Origin: Isoptericola halotolerans | GTDB lineage: Bacteria; Actinomycetota; Actinomycetes; Actinomycetales; Cellulomonadaceae | DNA length: 64,000 bases | Assembly (NCBI RefSeq): GCF_013149785.1 | Contig: NZ_JABEZU010000001.1 | Location: 496,001-560,000 of the forward strand | Reading direction: 5' to 3' | In this document: positions 8,492-16,847 of the stretch, piece after piece | How the letters are laid out: each line of letters starts with the position of its first letter | Numbering within the stretch: the stretch's first letter is position 1 | Translations under genes and position numbers: made by a program | Notes under the pieces: generated by a model | What the model saw: only the letters and a program-made list of their open reading frames with translations | The model's database searches: none | What the model was told of the DNA's origin: nothing

Positions 8492-9298
8492 ATGCCCCTC
8501 ACCAGATCTCGGCGGCTCGTTGCTGCCCTCGCGGCGGCCACGGCGGTCACGCTCGCCCCGCTGACGGTCGCCCCTGCGCAGGCCGCCCCTGCCGCCCCCG
8601 CGGCGGCGAACGCTCCTTCCTCGGCGAGCCCCGCCGTCGGAGGTCTCGCGACCGCCCCGCAGCGCGCCGTGCGCTGGGTGAAGGTCGACCGCGCCAGAGT
8701 CACGGTGAAGCGTGACCGGTCCAGCCGGACCGTCGCCCGTCCGGGTGCCGGCACACGGCTGGTGGTCCTGGACCGCAAGCCTCGGCTGCTCGAGGTGCGG
8801 CTGCCCGGTGGCAAGGTCGGCTGGGTCGGCAAGCGCGCGGTGACGTCCGTGCCGCTCCAGGGCACCAGCGGCAAGCGGTTCACCACGGGACGGGTGGCCG
8901 TCAGCCAGCACGTGCGGCCGGCGTCCCGCTCCGTGGAGCGCGCGGCGCTGGGCACGAAGGTCGTCAAGCTCGCCCGCACGACGGGCCGCGACGTCGACCG
9001 TGTCAAGGTCAGGCTGCCGAACGGGAAGTCGGGCTGGGTGTCCGAGAAGAAGCTCCGCAAGCGCGACGTGTGGGGTCAGCTCGCCCAGTGCGAGTCGGGC
9101 GGCCGGCCCCACATCGCCACGGGGAACGGCTACTACGGCATGTACCAGTTCACGGCCCGCACCTGGCGCTCCGTGGGCGGCAAGGGCCTGCCGCACCGGA
9201 ACAGCGCGAAGGAGCAGACCGAGCGTGCGCAGATCCTGCAGGCCCGGGCCGGGTGGGGGCAGTGGCCGCACTGCTCGCGCAAGCTCGGTCTGCGCTGA
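8492..9298 (+). CDS. Resuscitation-promoting factor (Rpf) transglycosylase with two N-terminal SH3-like repeats
   Basis: C-terminal WGQLAQCESGG...TGNGYYGMYQF...TW...EQ...QWPHC; two VRLPxGKxGWV segments; signal peptide. Confidence 0.88.
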   Translation: MPLTRSRRLVAALAAATAVTLAPLTVAPAQAAPAAPAAANAPSSASPAVGGLATAPQRAVRWVKVDRARVTVKRDRSSRTVARPGAGTRLVVLDRKPRLLEVRLPGGKVGWVGKRAVTSVPLQGTSGKRFTTGRVAVSQHVRPASRSVERAALGTKVVKLARTTGRDVDRVKVRLPNGKSGWVSEKKLRKRDVWGQLAQCESGGRPHIATGNGYYGMYQFTARTWRSVGGKGLPHRNSAKEQTERAQILQARAGWGQWPHCSRKLGLR

Positions 9299-9318
9299 GG
9301 GTCAGCCCGCGCCGAGGG

Positions 9319-10641
9319 TCAGTGCACCAGCACGGCGCTCATCGCACGCGTCAGGTACCAGGGGTCGACGACGGCGGTCAGCTCGCGTGCGGAGTGCATC
9401 GACAGGATGGGCACGCCCACGTCCACCACGCGGATGCCGAGCCGTGTCGCGGTGATCGGACCGATGGTGGAGCCGCAGGGGATCGCATTGTTCGAGACGA
9501 ACTCCTGCGACGGCACGCCGGCCGCCTCGCAGGCCGCCTGCCACAGCGCCGCCCCGTGCGCGTCGGTCGAGTAGCGCTGGTTGGCGTTGATCTTGAGGAT
9601 CGGACCGCCGCCGGCGTGCGGGTGGTTGGCGGGGTCGTGACGTTCCGGGTAGTTCGGGTGCACGGCGTGCCCGACGTCGGAGGAGACGCACAGCGAGGCG
9701 GCCAGGGCTCGACGGCGTTCCTCGCCCCGGGCCCCCAGTGCGCGTGAGACGCGACCCAGGACGTCGGCGAGGAACGGCCCGGCGGCGCCCGAGCGGGACT
9801 CCGACCCGATCTCCTCGTGGTCGAAGGCGGCCAGGACCGCGATGCCGGTCAGGTCCTCCGGCGCCGCGGAGAGCAATGCCGTCAGGGCGGCGTGCGTGGA
9901 CAGCAGGTTGTCGAGCCGGCCGGACGCCCACAGGGATCGGCCCGTGCCGAACGCCCGGGGCGCCTGGGTGTCGGCGACCACCACGTCGTAGCCGAGGACG
10001 TCCTGCGCCGCGACGGTCGCTCCCTCGACGCGGGCTGCGAGTTCGGCCAGGACGTCGGCGTCGCTGACCTCGCCGAGCCCGAGCACCGGCTGGGTGTGCC
10101 GCTGCTTGTCGAGGGTCAGACCGTCGTTGACCGCGCGGTCCAGGTGGATCGCGAGCTGGGGGATGCGGGCGAACGGCCCGGTGCGCACCAGGTGCTCGGA
10201 ACCGTCACGGGTGACGAGTCGCCCGGCGAGCTCGAGCTCGCGGTCGAGCCAGGAGTTGAGCAGGGGCCCGCCGTACACCTCGACGCCGGCCTGGACCCAG
10301 CCGTCGCGCCCGGTGGTCGGCTTCGGCTTGAGCTTGAAGCCGGGAGAGTCCGTGTGCGTGCCTAGCACGGTGAACGGCATGGTCGGACCGGCCGACGGCG
10401 GCACCACGAAGGCGATCGCCGAGCCGTCGCGCACGACGACGTAGCGGCCTGCGGGGACGACCTCCCACGCGTCGGTCTCGATCAGCCGGATGAACCCGGC
10501 CTCCTCGGCGCGACGGGCCACCTCCGCGGCGGCGTGGTAGGACGACGGCGAGGCGGTGACGAACGTGCCGAGGTCCTCGGTGTGCGTGCGGGCCGCGTCG
10601 GGGACCTGGGACAGGGCGGTGACGGGGGTGTGCTCCGGCAT
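9319..10641 (-). CDS. M18 family aminopeptidase
   Basis: SPSSYHA, HTDSP, RLDNL, FDHEEIGS, SDVGHAVHPNY, CGSTIGP, SMHSARE. Confidence 0.93.
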   Translation of the reverse strand: MPEHTPVTALSQVPDAARTHTEDLGTFVTASPSSYHAAAEVARRAEEAGFIRLIETDAWEVVPAGRYVVVRDGSAIAFVVPPSAGPTMPFTVLGTHTDSPGFKLKPKPTTGRDGWVQAGVEVYGGPLLNSWLDRELELAGRLVTRDGSEHLVRTGPFARIPQLAIHLDRAVNDGLTLDKQRHTQPVLGLGEVSDADVLAELAARVEGATVAAQDVLGYDVVVADTQAPRAFGTGRSLWASGRLDNLLSTHAALTALLSAAPEDLTGIAVLAAFDHEEIGSESRSGAAGPFLADVLGRVSRALGARGEERRRALAASLCVSSDVGHAVHPNYPERHDPANHPHAGGGPILKINANQRYSTDAHGAALWQAACEAAGVPSQEFVSNNAIPCGSTIGPITATRLGIRVVDVGVPILSMHSARELTAVVDPWYLTRAMSAVLVH

Positions 10642-10733
10642 GGGGAGATCCTCGCACGGCAGGGCGACAGCACGGCCGGTCGGCTGGACGACCGGCCTGC
10701 CCCGGTGCCTCCTGATGCCACTAGTGTTCCGCC

Positions 10734-11260
10734 ATGCCGTTCACGCCTGCCCACGCCGCCGCGGTCCTCCCGCTGGGGCGGACCGCCCTGCCGATGAGTG
10801 CGCTGGTCGCAGGCTCCGTGGCGCCCGACCTGCCGATGTTCCTCCCCGGACGGCCGGGCTACGAGGTCACCCACAGCCTGTGGGGCGTGGTGACGGTCGA
10901 CGTCCTGGTGGCGATGGCGGCGCTGTGGCTCTGGTTCGGGCTCGTCCGGGACCCGTACGCCGACGTCGTGCCCTGGGTGCGCGACCGGGTCCCGGCGGCG
11001 ACCTCGCTGACGCGGACTCGGCGACGCACCCGGGCCGGTGGATCGTCGAGCGCGTCGAGTGGCTGCAGACCCCGCATGCGGGGCTGCTCGGCTCGCAGTG
11101 GGCGCAGTACGTGTCGGGCGTGCTCGGCGTGGCGGTCCTGGTCGGCTACACGGTGTGGTGGCTCCGCCGCCGCCCGGTGACCCGACGAGAGCCGCGTGTG
11201 CGACACGCGACGACGTGGGCCCTGGCCGCGCCGGCCGTCCCGGTGGCCGGCACGCCCTGA
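10734..11260 (+). pseudogene. DUF4184 family membrane protein, frameshifted and internally shortened near 11010
   Basis: MPFTPAHAAAVLP...GSVAPD...TH in one frame; continuation (SATHPGRWIVER...QYVSGVLG) in another frame, ending at 11260. Confidence 0.65.
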
Positions 11261-11271
11261 CGGCGTTGTCC

Positions 11272-12234
11272 TCAGAGGTGGGCGGCCAGCGACACCAGCG
11301 CCGCCTCGCCGACGGGTTCGGCGGCGAGCAGCGGCACCTCGTCCACGGGCAGGTGCCCGAGGTCGTCACGCAGGGTCAGCAGGTGCTGTGCCTCGGCGGC
11401 ACGGCGCGCCGCCAGGAGCTCCCCGGCGTCGGCGGGGGACCGCTTGTTCACGACCAGCCCGCCGACGTCCACGCCGAGCTTCTCGAGCCGGCGGGCCAGC
11501 TCGACCGTCTCCAGCACGGGCAGCCGCTCGGCGGCGAGGACGACGACGAAGGTGCAGGCCTCGTGGTCGGTGAGGACCTCGCGCAGGCGGGCGAAGCGCT
11601 CGCGGCGCCGGGTCAGCACGGCCCGGATCTCCGCGTCCCGGCGGGCCGTGGCCTCGCCCCGCCCGCCGAGCATCTGGGCGGCGGCCCCGAGCCGGTCTGA
11701 GCGGTCGCGCCGGCGCAGCAGCCCGTCGGTCCAGGCACCCATGGTCTCCGGCAGGGACAGCAGCCGGGCGGTGTGCCCGGAGGGCGCGGTGTCGAGGACG
11801 ACCAGGTCGTAGTCCGCCGTGCCGGTCTCCACGAGGTCGGCCACCCGCTCCAGGATCGCGGCCTCGTGCATCCCCGGGGCCTCGCGGGCCAGGTCCAGGT
11901 GCCGGTCGACCTCGCCGCCCAGGTGCTCCGGCATGAGACGTCGCAACGTGGCCCGGACCGCGGACAGGTGGGCCGCCGTCGTACGCTCCGGGTCCACCTC
12001 GACCCCGTCGAGGTAGCCCTCACCGGTGGCCGTGGCGAGCCGCACGACGTCGTCGCCCACGCTGCGCTGCCACAGGTGGCCGAGGTTGTGGGCGGGGTCG
12101 GTGGAGACCACCAGCACCCGTCGCCCCGCCCGGGCCTGGGCCAGGGCGACCGCCGAGGCGATCGAGGTCTTCCCGACGCCGCCCTTGCCACCGAGGAAGA
12201 CGACGCGTCGCCGGGCGGCGAGGTCTAGCAGCAC
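11272..12234 (-). CDS. Single-domain ArsA/GET3-family ATPase
   Basis: [38 protein letters not shown] overlaps the end of the upstream small gene. Confidence 0.9.
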   Translation of the reverse strand: MLLDLAARRRVVFLGGKGGVGKTSIASAVALAQARAGRRVLVVSTDPAHNLGHLWQRSVGDDVVRLATATGEGYLDGVEVDPERTTAAHLSAVRATLRRLMPEHLGGEVDRHLDLAREAPGMHEAAILERVADLVETGTADYDLVVLDTAPSGHTARLLSLPETMGAWTDGLLRRRDRSDRLGAAAQMLGGRGEATARRDAEIRAVLTRRRERFARLREVLTDHEACTFVVVLAAERLPVLETVELARRLEKLGVDVGGLVVNKRSPADAGELLAARRAAEAQHLLTLRDDLGHLPVDEVPLLAAEPVGEAALVSLAAHL

Positions 12235-12491
12235 GAGACGTGCTCCAGCGGTGAGCGGTCCAGGCCCATCCGGGTGTGCCACTCGTGCACACGGTCGGCC
12301 ACGAGCGGCAGCATCTCGACGGTGTAGTAGGAGGCGGGGTCGGGCACCCCGAGCGCCTCGGCGAGCACGACCAGGGTGAACAGGTCGTCCTCGTCGCGCC
12401 GGGCGCGAGCCATCGTGCGCCGGTAGGGCGCCTCGTAGAACTCACGCAGCCCGGCCGAGAGGGAAGCCAGGACGCTCGGGGTGCCGACCAT
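12225..12491 (-). CDS. Small protein ending in Cys-Cys (cory-CC-star-like)
   Basis: 88 aa: ...[11 protein letters not shown]...EDDLF...[15 protein letters not shown]...HEWHTRMG...SCC*; ATG overlaps the cstA stop. Confidence 0.82.
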   Translation of the reverse strand: MVGTPSVLASLSAGLREFYEAPYRRTMARARRDEDDLFTLVVLAEALGVPDPASYYTVEMLPLVADRVHEWHTRMGLDRSPLEHVSCC

Positions 12492-14215
12492 CAGGAATCC
12501 TGCGAGGTGTCGGCCCCGGCTCCCACGGTCCCGCTGGGGACCGGCTCGTCCGTCTCGGGGTCGAAGGTGCCGCGGCGGGCCGCGTTCATCGCGGCGACCG
12601 CCTCCACCGCGACCCACAGCGACGCCACGAGGATGATGACGTCGAGTCCCAGCAGCAGCCAGTTCTGGTCGGACCAGAACGTGCCGAGCTGCACGATCAG
12701 GGCGTAGATCGACATCACCAGGACGAAGACCAGCGGGATGAGTACGGGCACCGGGTTGCGCTTCTTGCGCAGCAGGATGACGGCCACGACCGCCAGCGTG
12801 AGCGACGCCAGCAGCTGGTTCGTGGTCCCGAACAGCGGCCAGATGAGCAGACCGCCGTCGCCGTCGCCGCCGGAGCTGAAGACCAGCCCCATCGCGACGA
12901 CGAGCACGATGACGGTACCGACGAGCTTGTTGACCCGGATGCCCGCCAGCTCGCCCGCCTCCTGGACGACGAACCGCTGCAGCCGCACACCGGTGTCCAT
13001 CGTGGTGGCGGCGAACAGCACCGCCATGGTCGCCAGGATCGTCGCCGACAGCGAGGCGGGGATGCCCAGGCCGCTGTTGACGATCGCCGCACCGCCGTCG
13101 ACGAACGCGCCCACCCCGTTGACGGCGAACGAGGAGTAGACCGCCTCCCAGTCCGCCAGGGTCCGGAAGCCCGCCGTGGTGGCGATGATCGCGCCCAGGG
13201 CCAGCATGCCCTCGCCCACCGCGCCGAAGTAGCCGACGAACCGGCCGTCGGTCTCCTTGTCGAGCTGCTTGGAGGAGGTGCCGGACGAGACCATGCCGTG
13301 GAAGCCGGAGATCGCGCCGCAGGCGATGGTGACGAAGAGCAGCGGGACCAGGCTCGGGGTGTCCGCGGGGACGTTCTCGTTGTAGGCGGGGGCCACGATC
13401 GTCGGGCTGGAGAACAGCACCGCGCCGTAGAGGATGCCCAGGCCGATGAAGAGCTGGACGCCGTTGATGTAGTCGCGCGGCTGCAGCAGCACCCAGACCG
13501 GCAGCAGCGAGGCGATGCCCGCGTAGAGGAACAGGGCCACGATCCAGAACGTGGCCGGGGACATGCCGAGGATCGGGTCGGGCAGGACCACCGGGAAGCG
13601 GTCGCCGACGAGGATGAGCGAGTACAGCGCGACGACGCCGATGACCGTCGTCACGAGCAGGTTGATCTTCCAGCGGTAGATCATCTGGCCGATGATCAGC
13701 GCCACCACGATCGCACCCCACACCGGGATGACGGACGACGGCGTCGCGATGAGCAGGTTCTTGATGACCACGGCGAAGGCCGCGATGACCATGAGCAGCA
13801 GCAGGAAGATCACGACGAGGAACAGCCCGCGGCCGCGTGCGCCGATGTAGCGGCCCGACAGCATGCCCATCGACCGGCCCTTGTTGCGTACCGAGGCCCA
13901 CAGCGCGCCCATGTCGTGCATGCCCGCGAAGAAGACCGTGCCGAGCGTGACCCAGAGGAACGCCGGCACCCAGCCCCAGACGACCGCGATGGCGGGGCCG
14001 ACGATCGGCGCCGCGCCGGCCACGGACGTGAAGTGGTGGCCCCACAGCACGAACTTGTTCGTCGGCACGTAGTCGACGCCGTCGCGCATCTCGTGGGACG
14101 GCGTGCGGAAGCCCTCGTCCAGCTTGTAGATGCGGTGGGCCAAGAACTTCGAGTAGAGGAAGTACCCGGCGAGGACCATCGCCAGGCCCACCACCATCAG
14201 CACCAAGGAGTTCAC
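12491..14215 (-). CDS. cstA: Carbon starvation CstA-family transporter
   Basis: DGVDYVPT, GHHFTSVAGAAPIVGP, LLQPRDYIN, TIACGAISGFH, TTMDTGVRLQR, WPLFGTTNQLLA. Confidence 0.93.
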   Translation of the reverse strand: MNSLVLMVVGLAMVLAGYFLYSKFLAHRIYKLDEGFRTPSHEMRDGVDYVPTNKFVLWGHHFTSVAGAAPIVGPAIAVVWGWVPAFLWVTLGTVFFAGMHDMGALWASVRNKGRSMGMLSGRYIGARGRGLFLVVIFLLLLMVIAAFAVVIKNLLIATPSSVIPVWGAIVVALIIGQMIYRWKINLLVTTVIGVVALYSLILVGDRFPVVLPDPILGMSPATFWIVALFLYAGIASLLPVWVLLQPRDYINGVQLFIGLGILYGAVLFSSPTIVAPAYNENVPADTPSLVPLLFVTIACGAISGFHGMVSSGTSSKQLDKETDGRFVGYFGAVGEGMLALGAIIATTAGFRTLADWEAVYSSFAVNGVGAFVDGGAAIVNSGLGIPASLSATILATMAVLFAATTMDTGVRLQRFVVQEAGELAGIRVNKLVGTVIVLVVAMGLVFSSGGDGDGGLLIWPLFGTTNQLLASLTLAVVAVILLRKKRNPVPVLIPLVFVLVMSIYALIVQLGTFWSDQNWLLLGLDVIILVASLWVAVEAVAAMNAARRGTFDPETDEPVPSGTVGAGADTSQDS

Positions 14216-14297
14216 GTCGCGCTCCGATCCAGTCGTCGTTGACCTTGTGGCGGGGAGTCTACGACTCCCACCTGGCTGCCCGGAGCACCTGCCGGTT

Positions 14298-14313
14298 CGT
14301 GACAGCCGTCACA
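14298..14313. promoter_or_regulatory. CRP/GlxR-like site between divergent cstA and hppA promoters
   Basis: CGTGA-CAGCCG-TCACA, one mismatch to TGTGA-N6-TCACA; TAGACT -10-like hexamers at 14320-14325 (+) and 14256-14261 (-). Confidence 0.5.
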
Positions 14314-14431
14314 CGTGAGTAGACTCACGCGCATCCCGCCGTCAACGGCGACGGCGGGGTCTCAGGTAGACGCTCCCGCCCTGGTCGACGGCGACCCGGA
14401 CGTGGTGCGCAGCACACGTCGAGGAGGACGG

Positions 14432-16720
14432 ATGCTCACACTCGGGTCCGACAGCATCACCATCGTCGCGGTCATCGCCGTGATCGCCGTGGCGGCTCTG
14501 GTCTGCGCGGGGACGCTGCGTCGGCAGGTGCTCGCCGCGGAAGAGGGCACCGACAAGATGCAGGACATCGCCCAGGCGGTCCAGGAAGGGGCCTCGGCCT
14601 ACCTGAGCCGGCAGTTCCGGACGCTGGCGCTGTTCGCTGTCGTCGTGTTCGCCCTGCTCTTCCTGCTTCCCGGCGACGGCGGCGTCCGCATCGGCCGATC
14701 CGTGGCGTTCCTCGTCGGGGCCGGTTTCTCCGCGGCCATCGGCTACCTCGGGATGTGGCTCGCCGTGCGGGCCAACGTCCGTGTCGCGGCTGCCGCCACC
14801 CGACCCGACGGACGCCGGGTCGGCGCCCGCATCGCCTTCCGTACCGGCGGCGTCGTCGGTATGTCGGTGGTCGGGCTCGGCCTGCTCGGAGCCGCCGGCG
14901 TCGTCCTCGTCTACCGGGGCGACGCCCCCGCCGTCCTCGAGGGGTTCGGCTTCGGTGCGGCGCTGCTGGCGATGTTCATGCGCGTCGGTGGCGGCATCTT
15001 CACCAAGGCAGCCGACGTCGGCGCGGACCTCGTCGGCAAGGTCGAGCAGGGCATCCCCGAGGACGACCCGCGCAACGCCGCCACCATCGCGGACAACGTC
15101 GGTGACAACGTCGGCGACTGCGCCGGCATGGCCGCCGACCTCTTCGAGTCCTACGCCGTGACGCTGGTCGCCGCACTCATCCTCGGCAAGGCCGTCATGG
15201 GGGAGCAGGGCCTGGTGTTCCCGCTCGTCGTCACCGCCGTCGGCGCCTTCGTCGCCCTGCTGGGCGTGATCATCACCCGCATGCGGGAGAACGAGTCCGG
15301 GCTGACCGCCATCAACCGCGGCTTCTACGTCTCCGCCGTCGTCGGCGCGCTCCTCGCCGCCGTCGCGGCCTTCGTCTACCTGCCGAGCTCCTTCGCGGGG
15401 ATGGGCGGCACCGCCGACCTCGACGGCGTGACCTCCGACCCGCGCGTGGTCGCCTCGCTGGCCGTGCTGATCGGCATCGTGCTGGCAGGCGTCATCCTGT
15501 GGATCACCGGCTACTTCACCGGGACCGACTCCAAGCCGACCAAGCACGTCGCCGCCACCTCGCGCACCGGCGCGGCCACCGTGGTCCTGTCCGGCATCGG
15601 GATCGGCTTCGAGTCGGCCGTCTACACCGCCGGTGTCATCGCCGCCGCGATCTGCGGCGTCTTCCTCCTGGCCGGCGGGTCGATCTGGCTGTCGCTGTTC
15701 CTCGTGGCGCTCGCCGGCTGCGGGCTGCTCACCACCGTCGGCGTCATCGTGGCCATGGACACCTTCGGGCCGGTGAGCGACAACGCGCAGGGCATCGCCG
15801 AGATGAGCGGCGACGTCGACGAGGAGGGGGCGCAGATCCTCACGGACCTCGACGCCGTCGGCAACACCACCAAGGCGATCACCAAGGGCATCGCGATCGC
15901 GACGGCGGTGCTGGCGGCCACCGCGCTGTTCGGCTCCTACGCCGACGCGGTCGAGAAGGCGGTCGCGGAGGTCGCGACGGTCGGCGGCGGGCTCGTGGGC
16001 TCGATGCTCAGCTACGAGATCATCTCGCCGGTGACGCTCGTCGGCGTCATCCTCGGCGCGGCCACTGTGTTCCTCTTCTCCGGGCTGGCGATCGATGCCG
16101 TCACCCGTGCCGCGGGTGCCATCGTCTACGAGGTGCGACGCCAGTTCCGCGAGCACCCGGGCATCATGACCTACGACGAGCGGCCCGAGTACGGCAGGGT
16201 CGTCGACATCTGCACCAAGGACTCGCTGCGCGAGCTCGCCACCCCCGGCCTGCTCGCGGCGTTCGCCCCCATCGCGGTCGGCTTCGGCCTCGGCGTCGGG
16301 CCGCTGGCCGGCTTCCTCGCCGGGACCATCGGAGCGGGCGTGCTCATGGCGATCTTCCTGGCCAACTCCGGCGGGGCGTGGGACAACGCGAAGAAGATCG
16401 TGGAGGACGGCGCCTACGGGGGCAAGGGTTCGCCCGCACACGAGGCCACCGTCATCGGGGACACCGTGGGCGACCCGTTCAAGGACACCGCGGGCCCGGC
16501 GATCAACCCGCTCATCAAGGTCATGAACCTGGTCTCCCTGCTCATCGCCCCCGCGGTGGTCATGCTGAGCGTGCCGGAGGACGCCAACCACGTGCTGCGG
16601 ATCTCCATCGCCGTGGTCGCCGCCGGGATCGCGATGGGAGCCGTCGTGCTCTCCCGTCTGCGGGCGGCGCGGGTGGACCGCGAGGCGGAGGAGAACGAGC
16701 CCGCCGTGGTGCGGCGCTGA
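14432..16720 (+). CDS. hppA: Membrane-bound ion-translocating pyrophosphatase, K+-independent type
   Basis: GGGIFTKAADVGADLVGKVE, EDDPRN, DNVGDNVGD, GNTTKA, GGAWDNAKK, GDTVGDPFKD; RBS GAGGAGG. Confidence 0.95.
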   Translation: MLTLGSDSITIVAVIAVIAVAALVCAGTLRRQVLAAEEGTDKMQDIAQAVQEGASAYLSRQFRTLALFAVVVFALLFLLPGDGGVRIGRSVAFLVGAGFSAAIGYLGMWLAVRANVRVAAAATRPDGRRVGARIAFRTGGVVGMSVVGLGLLGAAGVVLVYRGDAPAVLEGFGFGAALLAMFMRVGGGIFTKAADVGADLVGKVEQGIPEDDPRNAATIADNVGDNVGDCAGMAADLFESYAVTLVAALILGKAVMGEQGLVFPLVVTAVGAFVALLGVIITRMRENESGLTAINRGFYVSAVVGALLAAVAAFVYLPSSFAGMGGTADLDGVTSDPRVVASLAVLIGIVLAGVILWITGYFTGTDSKPTKHVAATSRTGAATVVLSGIGIGFESAVYTAGVIAAAICGVFLLAGGSIWLSLFLVALAGCGLLTTVGVIVAMDTFGPVSDNAQGIAEMSGDVDEEGAQILTDLDAVGNTTKAITKGIAIATAVLAATALFGSYADAVEKAVAEVATVGGGLVGSMLSYEIISPVTLVGVILGAATVFLFSGLAIDAVTRAAGAIVYEVRRQFREHPGIMTYDERPEYGRVVDICTKDSLRELATPGLLAAFAPIAVGFGLGVGPLAGFLAGTIGAGVLMAIFLANSGGAWDNAKKIVEDGAYGGKGSPAHEATVIGDTVGDPFKDTAGPAINPLIKVMNLVSLLIAPAVVMLSVPEDANHVLRISIAVVAAGIAMGAVVLSRLRAARVDREAEENEPAVVRR

Positions 16721-16741
16721 CCGGACGGCGTTCGCAGAAAG

Positions 16742-16757
16742 TGTGTCGCCGGTCACA
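16742..16757. promoter_or_regulatory. CRP/GlxR-like site upstream of the M14 peptidase
   Basis: TGTGT-CGCCGG-TCACA, one mismatch to consensus, about 90 nt before the ATG. Confidence 0.45.
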
Positions 16758-16847
16758 CCGATGAAACATCGATGCTCCAGGCTGAGCGTGTGGGGTCGGC
16801 GCCCGAGGCGCCGACCCCGCCCCACTGCTCGTCACCGAAGGGGTCTC

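Noticed and set aside
4588..9060. 1490-aa ORF as a giant helicase fusion
   Set aside because: The N-terminal ~630 aa is the antisense of the LPQTG and Rpf genes; helicase-like sequence begins near 7161
12225..12233. Selenocysteine read-through in the CC-terminal protein
   Set aside because: Codons are TGC TGC TAG; there is no in-frame TGA
11272..12234. Arsenic resistance operon
   Set aside because: Single-domain ATPase with one Cys; no arsR, arsB, acr3, arsC or arsD; coupled to cstA instead
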